A stretch of DNA of 64,000 nucleotides from Azolla caroliniana (taxonomy: Eukaryota > Plantae > Polypodiophyta), in contig JBHGNT010000005.1 of assembly GCA_043228905.1 (NCBI GenBank), positions 16,306,001 through 16,370,000 of the forward strand, given 5' to 3'. The notes beneath the pieces are model-generated. The model ran no database searches. It was not told where the DNA came from and saw only the letters and a program-made list of their open reading frames with translations. Below are positions 50,141 to 61,229 of this stretch, one piece after another; position 1 is the first letter of the stretch; every line of letters starts with the position of its first letter. Both the position numbers and the translations under genes were made by a program.

Positions 50141-52772
50141 GTAGATATGTTCTAAAAGACTTGAGATAAGGGGAAGTGCATACCTATTCTTGATGGTGAC
50201 TTTATTCAACCCACGGTAATCTACGACGAGATGAAGTGATCCATCCTTTTTCTTGACGAAGAAAATGGGTGCACCGGCTGGAGATTTCAAATGTCGAATG
50301 AAACCATTTGCCAAATTCTCCTCTATATAAGCTTGAAGGACTTCTAGCTCGGTTGGAGACAAATTGTAGATCGGTCCCCATGGTGGCTCTTTTCCCAGTT
50401 GTAAATTGATGGAGCAATCATGCGGTCGATGGTGAGGAAGCGTATTAGCTCGTACTTTATCGAACACATCGGCATAATGATGATACTTCTCTGGAAGTTG
50501 AACGGTGGAGTCCTCTTTATTGATACTGGAGGGGTTTACTGATATTGCGAAGAGAAACATTTCTTCCTTGCATCCTTCCTCACGCAACTGATGTAGCGAA
50601 ATGGTTGCAATCTTATGAGTAGATCCTCGGGTTTGTGGACACCGTATTTCTCTTGTTCTCCAATCTATGGCTGGGTTATGTAATTCGAACCATGGTAATC
50701 CCAAAACAATGGGATGTTCTGGGATACTAATTATATTAAATGATACTACGCACGCTAAGTTATCTAGGAAAATATTAACGGGTTCTGACTCGTCTATAAT
50801 ATTCCTGGAAGCAATGGGACGACCATCAATGACTACTATAGAGGCTAGACATGGGAGTTTCTTTAGGGATATCTGATGAGCTTGGGCAAAATTCCTATCC
50901 ATGAAGCAAGAGTTGGCTCCAAAATCTAAGAGTGCTAAGACATGTACTGGAGGAGTACTTTTAGTACTAACCATTACTTGAGCTAAGAACACATTGCTAA
51001 CTTGCTTAGAGGAAATGGAATCACTAATGGGCTGCACAAATCTAGGGCTATCCAACCAAACAACTCCTACTTTGGCTGGACTTAATTGTTTAACTCTTCT
51101 TCTAGTGGACTAAGGATTTCAAATTTGTTTGAAAGGCTTGGGCTATTAGGACTATTAGACACACCTAGAGGAATAGACTTGGGTTTTGTACTATTAGTAC
51201 TAGCTGTTATTTGATTTACCTACCTTTTCGACCGATGGGGGCAGTTCGCTGCAATATGCCCCAGTCCATCGCAATAAATACATAATCGATTTGCCTACGT
51301 TGTTGCTTTTCTTCTTCCGATAGTGGTCCGCAGCGATGTGTGGTGTCGATTTCCATTGGAGTCAGAGTATTTGTTGGCGACGTATTGAATGACTCCCTTG
51401 GGAAAGGCTTTGCTACGATTGAAGCGTAGGTGGGCTCCGATCTTGTCCGTGGCATTTGGAACAGACGTTCCGAACGTCGTTCAAAGAGGCGATTATCGCA
51501 TTGCACCGCACGACTGATTGCTTCTGTCAATGACTTTGGCTCCTTGGGGAAAGTTAAGAGTAAATCTTTAACATCATTACGTAGGCCAAAACGAAATTGC
51601 TCCATTAGTGCCTGGTCATCCGAGGGAATATCGGTGGCGAGAAGACGGAAATACACAGCATAAGCCGATGCCGGCTGCTCACCTTGACGCAATCTTCGGA
51701 TTTTGTTGATTTCTGTTCTAACATTATCGGTATCTCCAAAACAGGCTTTAAACTCGGTAATAAACTCTTCAAAATTATTTAACAAGGGAGAGCTTTTTTC
51801 TAACAGGGGGGAGAACCATGCCAAAGTCGTGCCACTAAGTAGAGTTCCTACTAGTCCCACTCGTGTTGCATCGGTGAGATATCGAGAAGGATGCATTTGA
51901 ATGACTAATCATACCTGATTAAGGAATCCTCTAAACTGCGATCGTGTTCCATCGAATTTCATGGGAAGGCCGATCTTGGGTTCTTTATGAATCCCTTGCG
52001 TAATAGGTCCTTGTTGTTGCATCGCTACTAAGGTTGCTTCGAGTTGTTGCACGCATACCACTAGTTCCCCATGTTTGTTGTTGCGTTTGCTGCTTTTCTA
52101 AGGAGATTTGTTGAAGATCCCCCAACAACTGTTGATTTTCTTGTTCCAAAGCAAGGAACTTCTCTTTCAAGCATTGCAGCTCTGAGAAAACGGATTGATA
52201 TACTTGAGCGCTAACAATGACCATAGTATGAGAGAAAAGAGGAATAAAAGATTAGTATGAAGGGAGGGAGAAGAAAGAAGATAAAGGAGGAGAAGGAAGG
52301 AGAGACAAAATCGGTTCAAACTGTCAGGAGCAGTATTAAGACAAAGAAGTACTATCAGGAACAATACTAAAACAAAGAAGGAATTAGTACTAAAAGATGA
52401 GGATTAGTACTAAGGGAGGTGTAGAACTCTCGAGAGAAGGAGAGAGTGAGTGTGTGTGAAAGAGAGATAGAATGAGGATAACAAAAGATATATATTATGT
52501 TAAGGGAATATACCATAGTAACTAGGAGGCTTAAGACTAGCGTTGAACCGATTTGGTTCGAAATAATGCCTTGTGCCTCTTTTTATAGTGTTCTCAAGAG
52601 CACTCCTGAAGTTTCTAGAATGTTCCAGAGAAATTTGGAATATACATCAAATTTTCTATAATAAAAGCTAAATGAAAATAACATTCTTCGTATTATAACA
52701 TATAGTCTAATGGTCAAGAGCTCGACCCATGTAACATAAGGTCATGGGTTCGAGTCTTGCCATATCATGACA
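50141..52772 (-). mobile_element. Tf1/sushi- or Tcn1-like Gypsy element, 5' half (5' LTR 52322..52772, gag, PR, start of RT)
   Basis: LTR termini TGTCATGA / TCCTGACA; gag 51216..51896 (LSGTTLAWF, PMEID); pol 50132..51055 ([45 protein letters not shown]). The chromodomain region is not in the fragment. Confidence 0.88.
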
Positions 52773-53473
52773 ACAATCCCTCTGGTCCAATGATTCTGAA
52801 CCCTTCCAGTTCCGCACTCCTCAACCTACTCGGTCATCTTGTCTGTTACCTAGGCCCTTATTAGTTCTATCATTGTCACGGTATTGGCGCCCCTTGACCC
52901 GTTAGCTCATCCATCTCGGCGTCGTCTTTGGCTGCCTCCTTGTTCACTTGGTTGTCATGCAATTCGGCTCTTCCAAATCACTCTTCTCGATCGAATTGGT
53001 TGTGTTTGACTCGTTCCCACTCTTATCCGAATTGGTTGTCTTTAATTCCTCCTCCTTTGGGCCCTTGACCACATCTGACTATGTCTTGGTCTTGGCCTTC
53101 CCTTTCAGGTCGGCTCTACCACTTGCCTTACCTTCTTCAGCTTGGTCTCCTCCTTTTTCAGTTGGCACTGGCTTCGATTCATTCTTTCGGCCACTCCCCC
53201 TGCATCTGGCTAATCTCCACTTAGCCGATCTTCTTCTATTTTTCCACACATCCTCAGCTTCTCCAGCCAATACGGATGTTTCGACTTCTTTAATCGTTTC
53301 GAGATCAAATTCTTCACCCGATTCGGTTTTTCAGACTTCCTCCCTCTCATTCTCGCTCCTCCCCCTCAAGTTCGGCATGTCGAGGTGTTGTATGCCAAGC
53401 ATGCCTGAAAAATGCCGCAACTTGTGTAGGCCGAGAGGTTTGGTGAAGATTTCAGCCACCTACTGATCAGTTA
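52773..53473 (-). mobile_element. Ty1/copia RNase H C-terminus and 3' non-coding region
   Basis: VAEIFTKPLG..LRG on -, followed by purine tract GAGGGGGAGG (about 53357..53367). Confidence 0.7.
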
Positions 53474-53830
53474 GAGGGGGAAAGCATGCGAGTGGAAACA
53501 ATTAGCTATGTCCTTGACATAGCTAATTAGCTATGCAAAAAGCTACCATTGATAAATAGTCATTTTAGTAAAAAGCCATTATTAATAAATTAAGTATGCA
53601 AAAAACTACCATTGAAAATACTAGAGTGTTTTAATTACATATGTAAATGAGTGCCATAAATGTGCAACATAAATTGATGTGTGCACCATAAATGTGTACC
53701 ATAAATTATATATCAAATTCCTAGGTCCATTATGCATGATCCTTTGCCACATCACGTAGGCCATCTCTAGTTGAGTATTGTGGGTTAGTTGCTACCACTG
53801 TTGCTAAACCCTATCGAGTCCACCTGCCGC

Positions 53831-54830
53831 CACTCTACACTGAGGGGCCGCTACTGTGCGTTCCACGCATCATCAAAGAGTTGCTCAATCTGACGGGGTT
53901 CTCTTCTCTGTGACACTCTACACTCAGGGGCCGCTACTGTGCGTTCCAAGCATCATCAAAGAGCTGTTCAATCTGACGGGGTTCTCTTCTCTGTGCCACT
54001 CTACACTCAGGGGCTGCTACTGTGCGTTCCAAGCATCATCAAAGAGCTGTTCAATCTGACGGGGTTCTCTTCTCTGTGCCACTCTACACTCAGGGGCCGC
54101 TACTGTGCGTTCCAAGCATCATCAAAGAGCTGTTCAATCTGACGGGGTTCTCTTCTCTGTGCCACTCTACACTCAGGGGCCGCTACTGTGTGTTCCAAGC
54201 ATCATTGGTAACTGTTCAATCTGACGGGGTTCTCTTCTCTGTGCCACTCTACACTCAGGGGCCGCTACTGTGCGTTCCAAGCATCATCAAAGAGCTGTTC
54301 AATCTGACGGGGTTCTCTTCTCTGTGCCACTCTACACTCAGGGGCCGCTACTGTGTGTTCCAAGCATCATTGGTAACTGCTCAATCTGACGGGGTTCTCT
54401 TCTCTGTGCCACTCTACACTCAGGGGCCGCTACTGTGCGTTCCAAGCATCATCAAAGAGCTGTTCAATCTGACGGGGTTCTCTTCTCTGTGCCACTCTAC
54501 ACTCAGGGGCCGCTACTGTGTGTTCCAAGCATCATTGGTAACTGTTCAATCTGACGGGGTTCTCTTCTCTGTGCCACTCTACACTCAGGTGCCTTCTATG
54601 TGCGTTCCAAGCATCATCGGTAACTGTTCAATCTGACGGGGTTCTCTCCTCCATTGCCATCATTCTATACTCAGTTGCCGCTACTGTCCAGTCCCGGATT
54701 GCTTCCACATTTCGATTTGACGGAGTTCACTCATCCAACGGCAACATTCTACACTCAGTTGTCACCATTGGTCGGTCTTGGATCGCCTCCTCAACTGTTC
54801 GATCCAACGGAGTGAACTCCTCTACTGTTC
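53831..54830. repeat. Tandem array of 82/83-bp units (9 well conserved plus about 3 degenerate)
   Basis: Unit starts (CACTCTACACT) at 53831, 53914, 53997, 54080, 54163, 54245, 54328, 54410, 54493, 54575; degenerate starts at 54661 and 54745. Confidence 0.97.
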
Positions 54831-54979
54831 GGTCTTGGATTGCAATAACTTTTCTGTCTATTGATTATCTTGTGTATTGTTGTGTCTAATCTTGTGTATT
54901 GTGGAATATTTTTGTGTATTGTTGTTGCCCATAGCCATCTTAAATACTTGTTTTTTTTCTGGAAATTTAGGGTTTTAAC

Positions 54980-57923
54980 ATGTCCAGCCAAATGGAAGGG
55001 GAAGAAGGGTATTTAGAATTACCCCTCAATGATCATAAGGATAGGGATGATGCTATCAGGACACAACAAGCCATACGAAACTATCGGGCAGAAAAAAAAA
55101 GGAAACATCGTCAATTGTTGAAGGATACGAAAGCCACACTCAGTAAAGGTAAGGATAGTTTAGCTGAGAATGTAAGTAATGTGACTACCATCATAGAGAG
55201 AAAGGTTGTGGACTATTTCAATGTTCAAACCAAGCACATCAGCAATGAAGAAAAGAATGTAGTACTTTATGGAATATGTAATGATCCATCGATAAAGGAC
55301 TTAGTTGATTGTGATGGTCTTAATGCAAACATATCATCTATTTTAGTAAATAATCTTCGTAATAGTTTCGTATCCATGAGCAGGTCAGAAGATGATCTTG
55401 TCTTAAAAAGGTCTAGTCTAATGATGTTACTTAATAGTGATGTTGACGATATAAACATCAGTGAGCTATCTAAGGTAATTGGTGTTAGTAGAAAAACAGT
55501 GTACAATACAATGAACCGTATAATTTCCTCGGGTGAAGGAACTAGTCTACTAAAGCTAACTACAAGATGTAAGCCAATGACACCCATAACATTTGAAATC
55601 AAGGAAGTAATCACAATGTTTTGGACTAATGAGAGTAGGGTTTCACCCAATAAAAAGGATTTATGCAGGAAACGTGTTGGAAGAAATCAATACGAGGAGC
55701 ATCCCATTCATCTTCTTGATGTACCTCAGGTATTTACATTTATCTCAACATTTGTTTTGACTCTACACGGAAAGTTAATTAGCTCAGTTAGTAGAAAAGC
55801 TAATTAGCTTATCAGTTACATTTACCTCAGTTAGCTACTAGGATAGCTACTACATAGGTAACTGGCTACTCTCAATAGCTACTACCATGATAGCTAATTA
55901 GCTATTCTCAATAGCTAATTTAGGTACTACCAGATAATTAGCTGTACTGGTAGCTAGTTAGCTATCATGGTAGCTAGTTAGCTATTTCGTTATTACCAGC
56001 TAATTAGCTACTATGAAAGCTAATTAGCTACTAGGAAAGCTAATTAGCTACCATGATAGCTAATTAGCTTACTAGGACAGCTAATTAGCCACCGTGATAG
56101 CTAATTAGCTACTAGACCATCTAATTTGCTACCATGATAGCTAATTAGTTAGGACAGCTAATTAGCCACCATTATAGCTAATTAGCTACTAGACTAGCTA
56201 ATTAGCTACCATACCAGCTAATTAGCCACCATGATAGCTAATTAGCTACTAGACCAGCTAATTAGCTACCATGATAGCTAATTAGTTACTAGGAAAACTA
56301 ATTAGCCACCATGATAGCTAATTAGCTACTAGACCAGCTAATTAGCTACCATGATAGCTAATTAGCTACTAGGAAAGATAATTAGCCACCATGATAGCTA
56401 ATTAGCTACTAGGACAGCTAATTAGCTACCATGATAGCTAATTAGCTACTAGGACAGCTAATTAGCTACCATGATAGCTAATTAGCTACTAGAATAGCTA
56501 CTAGGATAGTTAGCTAGTTACGAGAATAACTAATTCCCCTTTATTACGCAGGTCGATTTATTTATTAGGTTCAAACGAATGCATCCAACTATCAAAGTTC
56601 AACTACGAACATTCGAGTCTCTTAAGCCACACTTTGTGAGACGCTTAAAGGATCGATACACATGTTGTTGCATTTACCATGTACAAATGGGTTTTCTGAA
56701 GGACTCTGTTAATCTACTACGTCACCATAGCGCATCCCTAACTAATACAGTTTGCACATGTGGGTGGCCAATCTGTCGATCAAGCCCGCAAGAGGAGTGT
56801 AAATCATCTGAGCACGTTATCTCTTCCATGAGTTATTTATTAGATTCAATATTGTGTCCGAGAGAAACTGACACTATCTTCTATATTCATAAATGTGTCA
56901 TGGGTTTATGTCAAGATTGTGGCCCTACTAGATTTAGGTGGTGTCCAAATGAATTGAGTAGTTAAATATTGATCTCTGTGAAGTTCTTTGAGTCAGTGAA
57001 CACCAATTTCGAAGGAAAGGTGTGTAAAAGAAAGGATCTAGTTTGGAAGATGCTTAAACCAAGGGATTTGGTGTCTCTGTTTGTAGTATCTCTAGGAAAG
57101 TTCATTAAACACAACTTCATTTATTCATGGCAGGCCCATCAATTTAAGACTTGCATATCTGATTTCCCAAATGATGTAGTAGTCTCAGTAGTAGATTTCG
57201 CAGAGAATTATACTTTCAAGCAGCAGAATGAAATTCAATCTATGCATTGGTGTTCAGTTCAGGTAACCATTTTTGTGCACATAACATATTTTCGAGTTTC
57301 AGGTGATGTTAAAAAAGTAATTCATTTCTTTATTTCCGATGATAAGAAGCATGATACCTTGTTCGTCCAACACTGTTTTAAGTTACATTGGCAGTGGTTA
57401 TTAGCTCAACGTTTGGAGCTTACTCAACATTGGGTCTGGTGTGACGGAGCTGCGTCACAATTCAAGGCTCGACGTCCATTTTATTTTGTGGGGAGGTATC
57501 CTGCTATAACAGGTTTGGAGATGAGATGGAATTTTTTTGGGTCTGGCCATGGTAAAGGTGAACATGATGGTGCAGGGGCTGTTATAAAGCGGGCACTTAC
57601 CCATGAATAACTAAAGACAGATGGTGTGCACATGAATTGTGCATCACATGTAGTTGAATTTTTAAGAACAAATATGCCAACGAGTGCAACAGGTGTTTAT
57701 TTCTCGCAAGTCCGAGATATCAACCGTGAATTTTGGGAAGTGAAGATAGATGAAGTAAATAGGGAGAAGACCTGGGAGTGCCAAGGAATTCCCGAATTGC
57801 GATCTCTGCATGCTGTTCGCGGTTATTCCAGGTTGGATGGTCATTGTATTGCGATTAGAGAATTGACTTGTTTTTGCTTCCATTGTGTGCAGGGAAATTG
57901 GAGATATTTTCTAAACAAAGCAT
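54980..57923 (+). pseudogene. Sola2-like DDD transposase; exons 54980..55729 and 56552..57923; two in-frame TAA stops
   Basis: CAG|GT donor at 55730 and CAG| acceptor at 56551 join DVPQ|VDLFIRF in phase 0. ORFs 56579, 56969 and 57626 share one frame, with TAA at 56963 and 57608. HTH-like ISELSKVIGVSRKTVY and Cys-rich segments present. Confidence 0.85.
55770..56535. repeat. Intronic minisatellite of 20-bp units with palindromic core (T)AGCTAATTAGCT(A)
   Basis: For example 56401..56490 alternates ATTAGCTACTAGGACAGCTA and ATTAGCTACCATGATAGCTA; roughly 30 cores. Confidence 0.97.
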
Positions 57924-58355
57924 TGTTGTTTGCTTGGCTGGACTAGCCTCAACACAGGTGTCTATCCGACACTTCTCCAAAGGGGTGGTAAGGATTGGAT
58001 GCTAGGTTACACGCGTAAGATGATTACAATTAAGCACAGACGGTAAAACAATATAGAGATACAGATAAACACGCAATAATTCTATTTGTATTACTTTCCG
58101 TCCCAGCCTTTACAAATCATCGGATCCTTTTATAGGCATCCGGCAAGGTTACAATCGGTGCGCTTAGGCAACCGACATCCGAATCGGTCCGGATCCGGAT
58201 CGGTACAACTGTACCGGATCCGTCCCTCCGAATAATAATTTTACTTCCTATTATCCGATCCGACTCCGCCTTCCCACTTGTCCTTGCTCTTCTGACCGGT
58301 CAACACATGGCACGCCCGTGGGAAAGTGCCTTGCACTTCGAATCCACTCTCGGCC

Positions 58356-61047
58356 TCATTCTTCCTCCAAAATATCGAGCACACTCTGCTCGATGGTGTC
58401 AAGTGGTGCTTCTGCCTCCAATTCCTGTTCCTTGCCTGCTTGGTCTCCAACCTCTGGTTGGGTTGGCTGCTCCGTAAAAATTTGTTGCTCCGGCTCTGCT
58501 TGATTCTGTGGTGCCGATGCTTCCTCACCGCTTCGTCCGGGTTATTCTTGTTCTCCCGAGTCTGTTCCAGGCTCTGTTCTGTTACCAATGTCGCTTTCTC
58601 CGGTCTCGACTGGTCGGCTCGGTACGCCTTCTTCCTCTGCTCTGGTGTCTTCAGGTCTCAACTCTTCTTCTTCTCCGGCATCGGTCTGCTCCTGCTCTTC
58701 TTCTTCTCCTTCGAACGGAAGTTCTTCTTCGGGTATTCCTCGTCGGGGTTGTTCGGTGTCGGTTGGTTCAACTTCAGCCGGTCGCTCTCCCTCACTTATA
58801 GTGATTGGCGTCGTTCTTCCCTTGGCTTCCTGTCATAACCGGTCCTGCTCGTATTTCTCCAACTCCAACTGAGTTGCGAGTTGCCCGTCATCCAACCTCT
58901 CTACCAACCCTCGGATTTCTTTGAGATGTTCTTCCGCTAAAGCGTAGAAATCCTCCGACAATTCTTCCCGAATGGCAACGATACTTTCTTCATCCATCTT
59001 GTAGAACTTGTCACCGGTCTTCCTCCGATTCTCGGCATCCGCTCGGAATGTGATCTCGGTAGAGACGGTCGAAGTCCTCCGTCTTCTGCTTCAGGCATCG
59101 GTTTGCCTGAGCTCTTAACCGGTCGTCCCGGTCCTTCTGTTGTCGGAGTTCTTCCTGCAGTCGTTCTATCTCCTGCTCGGCATGTCGACGCAGTCGGTCC
59201 TTCTCCTTTTGCAGCTTCTCTTTTTCTTCTTGCAGTCGGTCATTAGGGGCTCGGCCTTTCCAGAGGCCTTCTTCCATTTTTCGTCTGTCGTCCTCCACCG
59301 CTTTCCGCTGCTCCCTTTCTTTTTCCCTTAATGCCTCTTGAGCTTTTAACTCCTCTCGTAAGGTTTCTATTATTTTTTCGGTCTCAAGGCCGGTTTGCAA
59401 GGCTACCGGTTCCGGTTCCGGTTCTGGTTGCTTCCTTGTTGTCCCGACCGGCTCGGTGACAACTTGTGCTTGTTGAATTCCTTCCCTTGCCTGCAACAGC
59501 TCCCCTTGCATTTCCTCGATCTGTGTTCGGAGCGCGGCCAACTCCTGAGTTGTTGTATGCGTCAGATGTTGCCTACACGTTTCTTCTTCCTCTAACTGGT
59601 CCGCTACTCCCGATAACTGCTCCGAAAGCCATCTTAGCCATTGTGGCTTTGTGCTTCCTGTGTCGGGGTGGCCTTGCTCACTTCTACTCCTTAACTCAGG
59701 CTGTTTTTCCGGCCTTTTCTCTGGCTCCGGCGCTTGTTCATTCTTCTTCTCTGGGATGACCGGTTCTCTGAAGTCCGGCACAACCGGTGTCGGTGCTGCT
59801 TCCCTCGGTACGGGTTCCGGTATTGCTTCCGCCTCGGCTACTGGAGGTGGTCCTTGTGCCCTCTGCTGAGTTTTGTCAACTGGTGGAGCCGGTCCTTTCG
59901 CCCGTCTCTCCCGACCTTGTCTTGCTGGGAGTCTTACCAGTGGTTCGGATGAGTCTTCTGTTTCAGCTTCCTCCTCCGGTGCGGCTACCAGATGGACCTT
60001 TTGTATAAAGACCTCTGGTTCCGGTTCCGGCCGTCGCAGCGTTATATTGATTGGTTTGAGCACTACCGGTTCCTCCTCGGCCGATTTCCCTTTGCCTTTT
60101 CCTGCCGGTTTTGCCTTTGTTGCCGGTTCCTGTTGCTGTCGGGATGGTCCTTCCCCCCACTGTTCTGCTTCTTCCTGGGTCCATCCGGGGGTGTGTTTCT
60201 CCAGGATATGTCGGCGCTTTGTGACCTTTTTCGGTGTCGTCTCCTGCCGACCTCTTTTCTTTTGTTTGATGGGGAGCACCGGTGGGACTAACACCGTTAG
60301 CCATTGTGCTATCCCGGCCCATGGCTTTTTTCCTTCCATAAGGTTCTTGATGGCCTCCTTCAATCCTTCGGTTATGAAATGGAGCCAGTCCACTTGTAAT
60401 CCTTCATACGCTGCAATCAAGAATGCTGCCCGGTACCTGGCTATGGCCGGGGGACGAGGATTCACGAATCCGTATTCCATCATGGCGCAGGCCACTTCTC
60501 CGAACAGCAGGTTCTCTCCGCCTTGTGTTCGGTACGCCTTGCTGCTGATAGAATACTCACCGAAATATTCGAACAAGATTTCACTTGAAGGGTTTTCGAT
60601 TGTTTGAAGTCCTCCTGCTTTTATCCCCGTGAGCGCCTGCACCGCTCCTTCCGTGATTTCTGATAAATCAATCGATGTTGCCGCCTGCTCTGGTTCTGCG
60701 TGTGGTGGAGCGTCGACGATCCGTAGCAATCCTTTTAACCCGTTCTCCCTCATCCATTGGCGTGCCTCCTCCGATAGTACCATTGGTTCGAATTCTTCTT
60801 TTGTTGTCTGTTGTTCGGGATCAGGCTGTGTGTGCGCTGTGCGTCGGATCGCTCTTCTGTGCTTCTGCGCCTGTGTGTAGGAAAATTCGTAAAAAGTAAG
60901 TCCTTCGCAGGCCTGTGTCTTATATAGTGGCTTTTGCCTCGAGCCGCCCTCTTTCGTTTCCCGCGCATGTTCATCTCCCGCCATAATTAGTATGTCCTTT
61001 CTTGCTTGCCGCGTGTGAGTGCCCACGTTCCCTGCTTTAAATAGCAA
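58356..61047 (-). CDS. Extra sense ORF 3' of pol (globular N-domain, coiled coil, acidic tail); frameshift near 59020 and two later stops
   Basis: 678-aa ORF 59011..61047 continues in a shifted frame (GDKFYKMDEES...PLDTIEQSVLDILEEE*) to 58356; homologous pieces at 42513..42883 and 43135..43728. Confidence 0.75.
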
Positions 61048-61229
61048 GTACGCGCACGTCCTTCTTTACTGCATGGCGCCTCTTCGTTGCATGGTGGCAC
61101 TCCCACCTCTTGTGATCTCCCCATCACTACTATGATTCGCGCCGATTTTTTTTATTTTTTTTATTTTTTTTTTCTTTCTTTGTTTGGACCACGTCATTTT
61201 CTGGTCCCCCCCGATTTGTTCGGGTCGGT

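Larger units (their letters stand above)
53474..57923 (+). mobile_element. Sola2-like DNA transposon (left end, tandem array, spliced transposase); right part cut by a Gypsy LTR
   Basis: Starts GAGGGGG exactly where copia homology stops (Sola2 termini are 5'-GRG). Transposase motifs DFAENY..Q.EIQS.HW, ISDD..HD, CDGAASQFK, FFGSGHGKGEHDGAGAVIKR. Confidence 0.8.

Noticed and set aside
52695-52765. Functional tRNA gene
   Set aside because: A and B boxes are present, but I cannot form proper acceptor and anticodon stems; reported only as a tRNA-like cassette.
52498-52772. Shorter 275-bp LTR ending at TGTTAAG
   Set aside because: The terminus at 52322 matches the TGTCA inverted end better and directly abuts the self-priming site.
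54022-54636. 204-aa repetitive ORF
   Set aside because: A by-product of the 165-bp (55-codon) dimer; non-ATG start and no protein features.
53831-54660. CRISPR-like array
   Set aside because: Units repeat in full with only two recurring variants, so there are no unique spacers; no cas genes; eukaryotic context.
58241-58588. ORF reading into the 3' LTR (nef-like overlap)
   Set aside because: The homologous frame of the extra ORF stops at 58356 (and 43135 in copy 3), before the LTR; the overlapping frame reflects nucleotide-level conservation.
58326-58838. Hydrophobic 170-aa ORF as an env or membrane protein
   Set aside because: It is the antisense shadow of the Glu-rich tail of the extra ORF; the same applies to 43050..43476.
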